Shown here in pieces: positions 1-9,344 of a stretch of DNA of 64,000 bases. Numbering within the stretch: the stretch's first letter is position 1; the number at the start of each line of letters is the position of its first letter. Below the pieces are notes generated by a model, which did not search any database, was not told where the DNA came from, and was given only the letters and a program-made list of their open reading frames with translations. A program made the translations under genes and the position numbers. Source of the stretch: Gammaproteobacteria bacterium (GTDB lineage: Bacteria; Pseudomonadota; Gammaproteobacteria; UBA12402); NCBI GenBank assembly GCA_050123375.1, contig JASFHF010000001.1, forward strand, positions 34,475 through 98,474, read 5' to 3'.

Positions 1-1
1 T

Positions 2-358
2 TCCCCCCCTTATGTGGGACAAATTGATTACCATGAACAACACGCCTACGCGTATGATCTTTTTGGCTTTAAACGCCATGATGACAAAGAAATTGGACCC
101 TTGTTTAAGGGACAGGGAGCAAAAGCACGAAATTCATATGTAAAAGGCATTACCAAAGTATTACAAAATTGCCGGGAATTTCTAGCCAAAGATTTCGATG
201 TGTTTTTAGTTGCCAATGATAAATATAACCTTTATCCTACAATTGCCGAACAAGCAAAAATGAAGATTGTAAATCAATTTAAACGGCCTGTATTAAATAG
301 AACTGAAAGGGCAAAATCACCTTATTCGGAAATAATATTTCACCTAAAGGACATATAA
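2..358 (+). CDS. 3' fragment of a DNA amino-methyltransferase (N6-adenine/N4-cytosine class); the gene continues upstream of the window
   Basis: The frame is open from window position 2. Codons 2-13 encode SPPY, the catalytic motif IV (D/N/S)PP(Y/F) of amino-MTases, and about 115 aa follow to the stop at 356-358. The ORF track starts at GTG 14 only because of the window edge. Confidence 0.55.
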   Translation, partial: SPPYVGQIDYHEQHAYAYDLFGFKRHDDKEIGPLFKGQGAKARNSYVKGITKVLQNCREFLAKDFDVFLVANDKYNLYPTIAEQAKMKIVNQFKRPVLNRTERAKSPYSEIIFHLKDI

Positions 359-360
359 AT

Positions 361-1140
361 ATGGCTCTACAAAAAAAAATGCAAGCCAAAATACACAAAT
401 TTTTTAAAGAAAAAATTTTAAAAAAAATTGAACAATATAATCTTCGTGATGAAGATGCAGCAAAACCTTTTCAATATGCACTTTTTACAAAAAAAGGTTA
501 TTTAGCAAAAGGATTTATTCACGGATGCGAAACAGCTTTGGGAAATTGGCACGAATCAATTGCAAAAATTATTGCCAAAGAAAACTTTGAAATAGCAAAA
601 AAATTACAAGGAACTGAAAAGCTAAAAGGAAGAATAACTAACAAAGCTCAAGCAACTTTTGAGAATATCCTTAACGATCTTGATAATGCAAAAAGAGAAC
701 CAAACCATAACAAAGAGTCTGAAGAAATTTATAATGCAAGTCAAAATGATAATAACTTTGTTAAAAGAAATCAAACTGTTGATTTGTATCTTAAACGTGA
801 TAATGGCGAAGAAATTTATTTCGAAATCAAAGGACCAAAACCAAACAAAAATGAAATGCGAGCTGCAAAAAGAGATCTTTTGGAAATTTATGCAATGCAA
901 GCAGCAGAAGGCAAAAGAATAAAAATATTCCTAGGTATGTATTATAACCCATATGCCCCGGAAAAATATCAACGTTGGACATGCATTAAGTTTTTTGACA
1001 AAGGAAATGACTTTTTAGTTGGTAAAGATTTTTGGGACTATCTTGGCGGAATCGGTACTTTTGAAAATTTAATTAGAATTTATGAAAAGGTTGGTGAAGA
1101 AATTAGACCGGCTTTAGAAAAAAAATTTAAAAAATTATAA
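361..1140 (+). CDS. putative type II restriction endonuclease partner of the upstream methyltransferase (inference), 259 aa
   Basis: The start lies 3 nt after the MTase stop, suggesting translational coupling. The region is very AT-rich and unlike the ndk flank. A candidate PD...(D/E)xK-like motif is 'VDLYLKRD...EEIYFEIKGPK'. No family could be assigned by eye. Confidence 0.35.
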   Translation: MALQKKMQAKIHKFFKEKILKKIEQYNLRDEDAAKPFQYALFTKKGYLAKGFIHGCETALGNWHESIAKIIAKENFEIAKKLQGTEKLKGRITNKAQATFENILNDLDNAKREPNHNKESEEIYNASQNDNNFVKRNQTVDLYLKRDNGEEIYFEIKGPKPNKNEMRAAKRDLLEIYAMQAAEGKRIKIFLGMYYNPYAPEKYQRWTCIKFFDKGNDFLVGKDFWDYLGGIGTFENLIRIYEKVGEEIRPALEKKFKKL

Positions 1141-1175
1141 CTACAAAAATAGACTAAGTAATAGGAGAAAACAAT

Positions 1176-1601
1176 ATGACAATCGAACGCACATTATCAA
1201 TAATCAAACCTGATGCTGTCGCTAAAAATTTAATTGGCACTATTCTATCCCGCTTTGAACAAGCCGGATTAAAAATTGTCGCCGCTAAAATGGTTCATCT
1301 AACTTCTGAACAAGGCGGAAAATTTTACGCAGTTCATAAAGAACGCCCCTTTTACAATGATCTTGTAACTTTCATCAGCTCAGGTCCTGTTATGGTACAA
1401 GTTCTTGAAGGTGAAAATGCAATTGCCAAAAACCGCGAAATCATGGGCGCAACCAATCCGGCAGAAGCAGCACCAGGCACCATCCGCGCTGACTTTGCAG
1501 AAAGTATTGACCGCAACGCAGTACATGGCTCTGATGCACCAGAAACTGCTAAACAAGAAATTGCGTTTTTCTTTAAAGAAAACGACATTTATTCAAGGTA
1601 A
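1176..1601 (+). CDS. ndk: nucleoside diphosphate kinase
   Basis: The full-length protein matches Ndk, with 'NAVHGSD' containing the catalytic His. A Shine-Dalgarno 'aggaga' lies upstream. Confidence 0.95.
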   Translation: MTIERTLSIIKPDAVAKNLIGTILSRFEQAGLKIVAAKMVHLTSEQGGKFYAVHKERPFYNDLVTFISSGPVMVQVLEGENAIAKNREIMGATNPAEAAPGTIRADFAESIDRNAVHGSDAPETAKQEIAFFFKENDIYSR

Positions 1602-1640
1602 TATTATAAAAACATGCTTGTGTGCACCGCAGAGGAGATT

Positions 1641-1700
1641 GTTTGCAAACTCTTGAGCGCATGGAAGCGCGAACGAAGTATTACATGGATGTACTTTTCA
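1641..1700. repeat. GC-rich hairpin cluster with CAT-GG-ATG tip (family D, copy D0)
   Basis: 'gcgcatggaagcgcg' and 'agtattacatggatgtactt' form stem-loops with the same tip motif as D1-D4. Confidence 0.5.
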
Positions 1701-1784
1701 ATTACGCCAAGCATGTTGCGTAATTGAAAAGACGCGTTTGCAAATAAGCTCGCCGAAAGGTGCACTAAAAAGCATAACATTCTC

Positions 1785-2813
1785 ATGGTAAACAATTACA
1801 ACACAAAAACAAACTTACTCAATTTCGACCGCACAAAAATGCGTGAATATTTTGCAGCACTCGGTGAAAAACCATTTCGCGCCGATCAAATTATAAAATG
1901 GATTCACAAACACGGTCTACAAAACTTCGACCAAATGACTAATCTAAGCAAAAAATTGCGTGCCTACTTAAACGAACATGCAACAATCTTGCCGCCAAAA
2001 ATCATCAAACAACAAACATCTACCGATGGAACCGTAAAATGGCTATTGGAATTAGAAGACAAAAACCATATCGAAATGGTATTTATCCCAGAAAAAACCC
2101 GCGGCACTTTATGCATTTCATCACAAGTTGGCTGCCCTTTAAAATGCACATTTTGTTTCACCGGCAAATTAGGCTTTAAGCGCAATTTAACTACTGCAGA
2201 AATTATTGGTCAAGTTTGGTTAGCCGCAAGAGAATTTAACCTAACCAACGTAGTTTTAATGGGCATGGGCGAACCATTATTAAACTTTGATAATGTAATT
2301 ACCGCAACCAATTTAATCATGGACGATTTAGCTTATGGATTATCAAAATATCGAGTAACCTTAAGTACCGCAGGAATCGCGCCTGCAATTGAAAAACTAT
2401 CTAAAACAAGTGACATTGCACTAGCAGTTTCACTACACGCACCTAATGATAAATTACGCGATCAATTAGTTCCAATTAATAAAAAATATCCACTAAAAGA
2501 ATTAATACGTGTTTGTAAAAATTATTTCCCAACACAATCACGCCGCAAAATTTCATTTGAATACATATTGATTAAAAATATTAACGACTCACCAGAACAC
2601 GCCAAACAATTAGTAAAATTATTGCAAGGTGTTCCAGCAAAAGTAAATTTAATTCCCTGTAACTCCAAACCTGGTTCAGATTATCAATGCTCAGCCATTG
2701 AGGATTGCGAAATTTTTAGAAACATCTTAATCAAAGCCGGCATCCAAACTATTATCCGTAAAACCCGCGGTAGTGATATTGACGCCGCATGCGGACAACT
2801 GGCCGGAAAATAA
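1785..2813 (+). CDS. rlmN: 23S rRNA/tRNA (adenine-C2)-methyltransferase RlmN, radical SAM
   Basis: It has the [11 protein letters not shown]xxxCxxC radical SAM motif. The N-terminus '[25 protein letters not shown]' matches RlmN. Confidence 0.9.
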   Translation: MVNNYNTKTNLLNFDRTKMREYFAALGEKPFRADQIIKWIHKHGLQNFDQMTNLSKKLRAYLNEHATILPPKIIKQQTSTDGTVKWLLELEDKNHIEMVFIPEKTRGTLCISSQVGCPLKCTFCFTGKLGFKRNLTTAEIIGQVWLAAREFNLTNVVLMGMGEPLLNFDNVITATNLIMDDLAYGLSKYRVTLSTAGIAPAIEKLSKTSDIALAVSLHAPNDKLRDQLVPINKKYPLKELIRVCKNYFPTQSRRKISFEYILIKNINDSPEHAKQLVKLLQGVPAKVNLIPCNSKPGSDYQCSAIEDCEIFRNILIKAGIQTIIRKTRGSDIDAACGQLAGK

Positions 2814-2832
2814 CATTTTCACTTTAATTTTT

Positions 2833-2945
2833 TTATTAAGTTATTGCTGATAGGTTTTAAACCGAATAGACCGCCCTGGATGCGCGGTCGGGAGGCACAT
2901 GGATGTGCCATTGAGGTTTAAAACCTATCAGCAATAACTTAATAA
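2833..2945. repeat. large hairpin: 31-bp perfect inverted repeat enclosing a 51-nt GC-rich twin-hairpin core (family D, copy D1)
   Basis: Arm 2833-2863 is the reverse complement of arm 2915-2945. The core is 'gaccgccctggatgcgcggtc' plus 'ggcacatggatgtgcc'. It lies between convergent rlmN and ugd. Confidence 0.85.
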
Positions 2946-2947
2946 TG

Positions 2948-4279
2948 CTACCTTCCAATACCAATATAGTGAAAACCCAAATCTCGAAGCTGTTGCGGAT
3001 CATATTGATTACGACCATCAAGAATTAAATTGCCGCGCATTGTGGATTTAATCTGCGTAAAATCAGGATTGCGAAATTGTTTCCATTCAGTAAACAATGC
3101 TAACACATCAGCATCTTCTACCGCATGATGTTGATGTTCAACTAACTGCAATGCTCCTTGCTCAAACCATTTCGTTGGCAATACTTTACGCGCCGCTGAC
3201 ATTGCAATTGGATCATAAGCTTTAATCACCGCACCCCGCTCAATTACTGCATGCAAAAAATCAATCGATGAGGCTTCACGCATATCATCTGTTTCCGGCT
3301 TAAACGCCAATCCCCACATTCCAATAGTTACATTTGAAAGATCTTCACCAAATTTCGTAATTATTTTTTTTGTCATCACTTGTTTTTGATATTTATTCAT
3401 CTCATCAACTGCAGATAAAACTTTAGACTCAAATCCACAATTTTTTGCCATATGAATTAATGCTCTAACATCTTTTGGGAAACATGAACCACCATAACCA
3501 CAACCAGGATAAATAAACGAAAAACCAATCCGTGAATCTGAACCAATGCCTTGACGAATATTTTCTACATCTACATTTAAACATTCACAAATATTCGCTA
3601 TTTCGTTCATAAAAGAAATTTTGGTTGCAAGTATTGCATTAGCTGCATACTTTGTCATTTCTGCGTCTCTAACACCCATAAAAATGATACGTTCATGATT
3701 TCGGGTAAACGGTGCATAAAGTTTTTTCATGATATCACGCGCTTTTTCGCTATCAGTACCAACAATAACTCTATCCGGACGCATTGCGTCATTTACCGCA
3801 TCACCCTCTTTTAAAAACTCTGGATTACTAACCACATCAAATTCTATATTAAGTTTACGCTGCTTCAATTCCTGTTGAATTGCATCTTTAACCTTTTCTG
3901 CAGTAGTTACCGGCACCGTAGACTTGTTAACAATAATTGCATAATCATTAATATATAGCCCAATATCTTTAGCTGCAGTTAACACATATTGTAGATCCGC
4001 TGAGCCATCACCATTACTTGGTGTACCAACTGCAATAAAAAATATTTTTGGCTGAATTTTAAGTTCCTGCAATGAACTCACAAAGTGTAATCTTTTCGCT
4101 TGATAATTCTTTTTAACCAATTCTGCAAGGCCTGGTTCATAAATTGGCATGATACCTTGTTTTAATTTTTCAATTTTATGCGCATCAATATCAACACAAA
4201 CAACATTGTTTCCCATTTCGGCAAAACAAGTACCACTTACTAAACCAACATAACCTGTTCCGATTACTACGATGTTCAT
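2948..4279 (-). CDS. ugd: UDP-glucose 6-dehydrogenase
   Basis: It has the 'MNIVVIGTGYVGLVSG' Rossmann N-terminus and the 'GGSCFPKD' catalytic Cys motif. The track ORF extends to 4345, but the extra 22 aa are encoded by an ME-2 repeat copy. An SD 'ggag' precedes ATG 4279. Confidence 0.85.
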   Translation of the reverse strand: MNIVVIGTGYVGLVSGTCFAEMGNNVVCVDIDAHKIEKLKQGIMPIYEPGLAELVKKNYQAKRLHFVSSLQELKIQPKIFFIAVGTPSNGDGSADLQYVLTAAKDIGLYINDYAIIVNKSTVPVTTAEKVKDAIQQELKQRKLNIEFDVVSNPEFLKEGDAVNDAMRPDRVIVGTDSEKARDIMKKLYAPFTRNHERIIFMGVRDAEMTKYAANAILATKISFMNEIANICECLNVDVENIRQGIGSDSRIGFSFIYPGCGYGGSCFPKDVRALIHMAKNCGFESKVLSAVDEMNKYQKQVMTKKIITKFGEDLSNVTIGMWGLAFKPETDDMREASSIDFLHAVIERGAVIKAYDPIAMSAARKVLPTKWFEQGALQLVEHQHHAVEDADVLALFTEWKQFRNPDFTQIKSTMRGNLILDGRNQYDPQQLRDLGFHYIGIGR

Positions 4280-4303
4280 AAATTCTCCAATATTTTTTGG
4301 GCC

Positions 4304-4408
4304 AATGCGAAAAGATGAGATGCGAGACAAAAGTGAGCGAAACATGCGAGTTTATAAACAATAAATGAGCATGTTGAGCGAACTTTTAACAAAGCAGATC
4401 GCTTTTCG
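4304..4408 (+). repeat. ME-2 MITE-like repeat, copy A
   Basis: The ~105-bp element 'gcgaaaagatgagatgcgagacaaaag...ttaacaaagcagatcgcttttcgc' has short terminal inverted repeats. Its end supplies the galU C-terminal codons and stop. Confidence 0.8.
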
Positions 4409-5270
4409 CATTGACCCAAATTTTTCTAAAATCATCTGCTAAATCTGCGCGCCTTAATGCATATTCAACTGTTGCATGTAAAAAACCAATTTTAGTGCCA
4501 CAATCATACCGAATACCATTAAATCTGCACGCATAAACATCTTCCTTTTGCATTAATGCAGCAATCCCATCCGTTAATTGAATTTCACCGCCGCTGCCTG
4601 GAGAAACTCGTTCTAATAAACTAAATATTTGTGGTTTTAACACATAACGGCCTACCACACCAAAATTTGATGGAGCATCTTGCGGCGTAGGCTTTTCTAC
4701 AATACCGTAAATTCTTGCCTTAGGATTTAATTCATCCCGCACATCAACTACACCATATTTTCTGCTGTTTTCCGGTTGAATCTGCTGCACGGCAACAACG
4801 CTGGAATCTGTTTGTTGATATATATCAATTAACTGCTGCAAACAAACTCGCTCTTTTGCATAAATCAAATCATCCGGTAATAAAACTGCAAACGGCTGAT
4901 CGCCCACAACTTCTTTAGCACATAAAACTGCATGCCCTAAACCCAAAGCTTCTTGCTGTTGCACAAAAACACATGTAATATTTTTTGGTAAAATATTTTT
5001 AACTTCATTTAAACTTTCTTGTTTATGTTGTGCTGTTAATACTTCTTCTAATTTAGCATCCGATGCAAAATGCTGTTCGATTGCAATTTTTGAACTATTA
5101 GTTACAAAAATCATCTCAGTGATACCAGCTGCAACTGCTTCATCAACTGCATATTGAATTAAAGGTTTATCTATAATTGGCAGCATTTCTTTAGGAACAG
5201 CTTTAGTCACCGGCAAAAACCTCGTACCTATTCCTGCTACCGGAAAAACTATTTTTTTAATTTCAGTCAT
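4386..5270 (-). CDS. galU: UTP--glucose-1-phosphate uridylyltransferase
   Basis: 'VFPVAGIGTRFLPVTKAVPKEMLPIIDKPLIQY' is the GalU signature. The last 7 codons 'AKSDLLC' and the stop are contributed by ME-2 copy A. Confidence 0.9.
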   Translation of the reverse strand: MTEIKKIVFPVAGIGTRFLPVTKAVPKEMLPIIDKPLIQYAVDEAVAAGITEMIFVTNSSKIAIEQHFASDAKLEEVLTAQHKQESLNEVKNILPKNITCVFVQQQEALGLGHAVLCAKEVVGDQPFAVLLPDDLIYAKERVCLQQLIDIYQQTDSSVVAVQQIQPENSRKYGVVDVRDELNPKARIYGIVEKPTPQDAPSNFGVVGRYVLKPQIFSLLERVSPGSGGEIQLTDGIAALMQKEDVYACRFNGIRYDCGTKIGFLHATVEYALRRADLADDFRKIWVNAKSDLLC

Positions 5271-5307
5271 TTATAACCCTCAATATGTGTTAACCACACA
5301 TGGCTGA

Positions 5308-5412
5308 CGCAAAAAGATGAGATGCGAGACAAAAGCGAGCGAAAAATGCGAGTTTATAAATAATAAATAAGCATTTTAAGCGAGCTTTTAACAAAGCAGA
5401 TCGCTTTTTGCG
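5308..5412 (+). repeat. ME-2 MITE-like repeat, copy B
   Basis: It is near-identical to copy A and overlaps the galE 3' end, supplying 'AKSDLLC*'. Confidence 0.8.
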
Positions 5413-6386
5413 CCAGCCATGTGACGTTCCCAACGCCAAGCATGTTCAATAATCGTAGCCAAATCAGCATATTTTGGCTGCCAATTAAGTTCCCGCTTAG
5501 CCTGCGTCGCATCTGCAACTAAAACTGCGGGATCGCCTGCCCGCCTTGGCGCATCAATAACAGTAAATGATCTTCCGGTTATACGTTTTGCCGTATCAAC
5601 AACTTCTTGCACCGAAAAACCATTACCATTCCCTAAATTATATTTTTTGCTAACCGGATTTTTCAACAAATTTTCCAATGCTGATAAATGCGCATCACAA
5701 AGATCTACTACATGAATATAATCACGAACACAAGTGCCATCTTCAGTATCATAATCCTTCCCAAAAATTTTCACATTATCACTTCTACCGCTAGCTGCCT
5801 GCAACACCAGCGGAATTAAATGAGTTTCCGGATCATGATGCTCACCAATTCGACATGAAGGCTCAACTCCTGCAGCATTAAAGTAGCGCAAGCATACCGA
5901 CTTCAAACCATACGCATAATCATAGTCATCTAAAATTTGTTCTACCATTAATTTACTTTTACCATATGGATTAATTGGATTTTTAGGATGTGCAATATCA
6001 ATCGGCGCATATTCCGGGTTACCATAAACTGCTGCGCTCGAAGAAAAAATAAAATTTTTAATATTTGCGACAAGCATTTCATCTAATAAATTCAAAGTAT
6101 TGCAAACATTATTGTGATAATATTTTGCAGGATCGATTACTGATTCACCAACTTGCGTAAATGCAGCAAAATGCATCACCGCAACAAATTGATGTTGATT
6201 AAATAACTGCTTAAGTAATTTTCGATCCGCCAAATCACCTTCAACAAACTCAGCATCTAATACCGCCTCGCGATGACCAGCAGATAGATTATCCAATACT
6301 ACTACGGAATAGTTATGCTTATGCAAAATATCCGCCATATGTGAACCAATATAACCAGCGCCACCAACAACCAAAATCTCATACAT
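5388..6386 (-). CDS. galE: UDP-glucose 4-epimerase
   Basis: 'VVGGAGYIGSH' is the NAD-binding motif and the YxxxK region is present. The protein matches GalE over its full length. Confidence 0.9.
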   Translation of the reverse strand: MYEILVVGGAGYIGSHMADILHKHNYSVVVLDNLSAGHREAVLDAEFVEGDLADRKLLKQLFNQHQFVAVMHFAAFTQVGESVIDPAKYYHNNVCNTLNLLDEMLVANIKNFIFSSSAAVYGNPEYAPIDIAHPKNPINPYGKSKLMVEQILDDYDYAYGLKSVCLRYFNAAGVEPSCRIGEHHDPETHLIPLVLQAASGRSDNVKIFGKDYDTEDGTCVRDYIHVVDLCDAHLSALENLLKNPVSKKYNLGNGNGFSVQEVVDTAKRITGRSFTVIDAPRRAGDPAVLVADATQAKRELNWQPKYADLATIIEHAWRWERHMAGAKSDLLC

Positions 6387-6438
6387 AATAAAACCATCCC
6401 CAAATTACTTCACGAAGAGTATAATGTATTTTATTAAT

Positions 6439-7503
6439 TTATGAAAGATCCGATATCTTTTTTTCAAGCTGTTCTAAAATGGATTTAACTTTCTGACTCT
6501 GGTCTTTATGCGCTACCAATACTGCATCTTTGGTTTCAACCACTATCACATCCTGAACACCTATAGCCGCCAAAGTACGCCCTTCAGATCTAAGATATGA
6601 ATTACTAACTTCATCAATAATAACATCCCCTACTTTGACATTATTATCATCATCTTTGGTACTTACCTCAAATAATGCAGACCAACAACCTACATCAGAC
6701 CAACCAACATCCATTGACACAACGCAAGCATCAGTGGTCTTTTCCATAACCGCATAATCAATCGAATCACTACGGCATTCACTAAATATTTTTTTATCCA
6801 AACGAATAAAATCAGGTGTGGATGTACGCGCCTTAAATGCTTTACGACAAGCTGCTAAAATATCAGGAGCATGTTGATTCATCTCCTGCAAAAAACGTGA
6901 AGCACGAAACATGAAAATACCGCCATTCCAATAATAATTTCCAGCTTCTAAATAGCTTTTGGCTTTTTCTAAATTTGGTTTTTCAACAAAACTATCAACT
7001 ATTTGCACACCTTCTATTAATTTTTCTCCCGCTTGAATATAACCATAGCCAGTCTCCGGTTTGTGCGGAACAATACCAAAAGTAATTAATTTTCCGGCTT
7101 GCGCGTATTTTGTAGCTTTATCTACTGCAGCCAAAAATGCAGCTCGATTAGCAATTAAATGATCTGAAGGCAATACCAATAAAATCGGATCATCACCATT
7201 AACCATCGCCTGTAATGCAGCAATGGTAATTGCCGGCGCCGTATTTTTCCCTACCGGCTCCAAAATAATTGCAGAACTTGTAACATCTATTTCCTGTAAT
7301 TGTCTGGCGATTAAAAAACGATGATCTTCATTACATATAAATAACGGCGGTAAAGAATTAGGAATATTTGCAACCCGCATAATTGTATCTTGAAACAAAC
7401 TATTTTTATCTAACAAACGTAAAAACTGTTTGGGCCGATCTTTGCGTGACAATGGCCACAATCGCGTCCCAAAACCACCAGAAAGAATTACAGGTAAAAT
7501 CAT
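6439..7503 (-). CDS. manC: mannose-1-phosphate guanylyltransferase (GDP-mannose pyrophosphorylase), nucleotidyltransferase domain only
   Basis: 'ILSGGFGTRLWPLSRKDRPKQF' is the N-terminal signature. There is no C-terminal cupin/PMI domain. Confidence 0.75.
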   Translation of the reverse strand: MILPVILSGGFGTRLWPLSRKDRPKQFLRLLDKNSLFQDTIMRVANIPNSLPPLFICNEDHRFLIARQLQEIDVTSSAIILEPVGKNTAPAITIAALQAMVNGDDPILLVLPSDHLIANRAAFLAAVDKATKYAQAGKLITFGIVPHKPETGYGYIQAGEKLIEGVQIVDSFVEKPNLEKAKSYLEAGNYYWNGGIFMFRASRFLQEMNQHAPDILAACRKAFKARTSTPDFIRLDKKIFSECRSDSIDYAVMEKTTDACVVSMDVGWSDVGCWSALFEVSTKDDDNNVKVGDVIIDEVSNSYLRSEGRTLAAIGVQDVIVVETKDAVLVAHKDQSQKVKSILEQLEKKISDLS

Positions 7504-7514
7504 TAAAATATCCT

Positions 7515-7637
7515 TTATCTACGCGGTTTATGTTTTCCTGACTTATGATTATCACCTTTATCAGCTAAATGCCAAAAAAGAATCATAGTTACAATAACTA
7601 TCGCCAAACCAATATAAGGAGCAATTATATTAATCAT
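7515..7637 (-). CDS. small hydrophobic peptide (40 aa, single TM helix and basic tail), paralog A
   Basis: It translates to MINIIAPYIGLAIVIVTMILFWHLADKGDNHKSGKHKPRR. Its start overlaps the stop of paralog B in an ATGA arrangement. It is below the ORF-track length cutoff. Confidence 0.45.
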   Translation of the reverse strand: MINIIAPYIGLAIVIVTMILFWHLADKGDNHKSGKHKPRR

Positions 7638-7750
7638 TTAGATTTGTGTCTCCCTGATTTATGGTCACCTTTGTCTGCTAAATGCCATAAAATAACAATG
7701 CCAACAATAACAATGGTTAAACCAATATAAGGAGCTATTATATTAATCAT
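7634..7750 (-). CDS. small hydrophobic peptide (38 aa), paralog B
   Basis: It translates to MINIIAPYIGLTIVIVGIVILWHLADKGDHKSGRHKSK. It is a tandem duplicate of A with many synonymous and conservative differences, which suggests both are maintained. Confidence 0.45.
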   Translation of the reverse strand: MINIIAPYIGLTIVIVGIVILWHLADKGDHKSGRHKSK

Positions 7751-7751
7751 T

Positions 7752-7934
7752 TTAATTACCTCCATCACACAAGCCAAAATACCATAAAATCATACCCGTA
7801 ACAGTTAAAGCAGCAAATGATATCCATTTCATATCTGGATGCAAATACAAACCAGTCAAACCTCCTATAATAAAAGCGACCGCAATTTTACGTAAATCTT
7901 GCCGTAAACTTTTAAAACTCACTTTTTTAAACAT
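7752..7934 (-). CDS. small membrane protein (60 aa, 2 predicted TM helices)
   Basis: It has two hydrophobic segments and lies in tandem with the peptide pair on the same strand. Confidence 0.4.
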   Translation of the reverse strand: MFKKVSFKSLRQDLRKIAVAFIIGGLTGLYLHPDMKWISFAALTVTGMILWYFGLCDGGN

Positions 7935-8009
7935 TGTATCCTCTATCGGATTAGAAGTATACCACTATAACCATATACCCCCGTAAAAATACGGGGGTAA
8001 ATTTACGTA

Positions 8010-8321
8010 TTATACTGTAAGGTTTGATTTTATTTTCGCTAAACGCTTTGTGCCAATACCTTTGACATTAGTTAAATCATCAATGGATTTAAAATTGCCG
8101 TTAGCTTCGCGATAGGCAACAATAGCTTCAGCTTTTTTAGCACCAAGACCTTTAATCGCAGCAAGCGCATCTGCATCAGCTTTATTAATATTAATTTTTG
8201 CTGTAACTTGTGCCATTTTAGCTGCACCACGATGATGCTTATGAGCTTTGCTGGCTCTAGCAGCGCTTGCAGATACAGCAAAACCAAAAATCAATAAAAA
8301 AATTAATGTTTTTTTAAACAT
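8010..8321 (-). CDS. comEA: competence protein ComEA (helix-hairpin-helix DNA-binding, periplasmic)
   Basis: A signal peptide 'MFKKTLIFLLIFGFAVSASA' is followed by the 'ININKADADALAAIKGLGAKKAEAIVAYREANGNFKSIDDL' HhH motif. Confidence 0.8.
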   Translation of the reverse strand: MFKKTLIFLLIFGFAVSASAARASKAHKHHRGAAKMAQVTAKININKADADALAAIKGLGAKKAEAIVAYREANGNFKSIDDLTNVKGIGTKRLAKIKSNLTV

Positions 8322-8579
8322 AATTGTTCTCCTTTTTATTAAAAAAATTTTATTCAAAAAATACCAATGAAATTATTTGGAAAAATAGAAATAAAAAGAG
8401 GTGAAATATTTAAAAAAATTACGAATGTAATTGGAAACAAGTTTAACAAATTAACCGTAAATGTCCAGCTATTTCCGCCAAATATTTCACAAATTTCACA
8501 ATTTGCAAAAATCGTATATTCTATAAAACGGCTATCATCTGCGTTATATACCCGTTACACTTGAAAATGCGAATATGTT

Positions 8580-8675
8580 GTCATTCCGCGACCCAGTATG
8601 TTGATCGCGGAATCCAACAAAAAGACTATCAAATAGCCTGGATCCCGCGGTCAACTAACAAGGCCGCGGGATGAC
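8580..8675. repeat. PE-3 GC-rich double-hairpin palindromic element, copy 1
   Basis: 'gtcattccgcgacc...gatcgcggaatcc' and 'ctggatcccgcggtcaa...gccgcgggatgac' are two inverted hairpin units. Confidence 0.8.
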
Positions 8676-8758
8676 TACAATTTTTAAATCTCGCATCTTG
8701 AGGTGTAACAAGCATATCGATAAAACTCCGCAAAGCGGAATACACAAAATTAACAAAA

Positions 8759-9238
8759 TCAATTGTGTGATCTATGTAAGTATAAATTAATTATCAGCAT
8801 AATCACACCTATACAAATCGCTGTGTCAGCTACATTGAAAGTAGGATAATGCCAATTTTTAACATACAAATCGATAAAATCAACCACATATCCATAATGA
8901 AAACGGTCAATTAAATTACCCAAAGCTCCGCCAAAAATTAAAACCAAAGCAGCCGCTAACCAATGTGCTTGTCGTGAGATTCTCCCTAACCATACTAAAA
9001 TCAGCAGACATACAACTATCGCCAAACTAATCAACAACCAAATTTGCCAACCTGAAGCAAAACTTAAAAAGCTAAAAGCTGTTCCAGTATTAAACGTCAA
9101 GGTCAAATTGAAAAAAGGAATCACTGCATAAGGATCATTTAAAGGCAAATGCTTGATGACCAAAAATTTAGTCCACTGATCTAAAATGACAATAATAAAA
9201 CTAAGCCATAACCAACGAAGATTGCCCTTATGCTTCAT
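8759..9238 (-). CDS. lspA: lipoprotein signal peptidase II
   Basis: It has the LspA membrane topology and the 'FNVADTAICIGV' motif. Confidence 0.85.
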   Translation of the reverse strand: MKHKGNLRWLWLSFIIVILDQWTKFLVIKHLPLNDPYAVIPFFNLTLTFNTGTAFSFLSFASGWQIWLLISLAIVVCLLILVWLGRISRQAHWLAAALVLIFGGALGNLIDRFHYGYVVDFIDLYVKNWHYPTFNVADTAICIGVIMLIINLYLHRSHN

Positions 9239-9344
9239 CTGAGCTTCCCGAATTATCAGAAAAACATTATGATACTAAAAACACTGGATTAATGCAATTA
9301 TTACTTTATAATTCTTTTATAAATTCAAGTTACCTCATAACTAA

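Noticed and set aside
622-922. ORFs 622-900 (-) and 659-922 (+) inside ORF 361-1140
   Set aside because: These are short alternative-frame ORFs in very AT-rich DNA. The 259-aa frame coupled to the MTase stop is the more plausible gene.
8367-8564. ORF 8367-8564 (+, 65 aa) upstream of comEA
   Set aside because: The peptide is low-complexity and Lys/Ile-rich, in the comEA promoter region on the opposite strand. No support.
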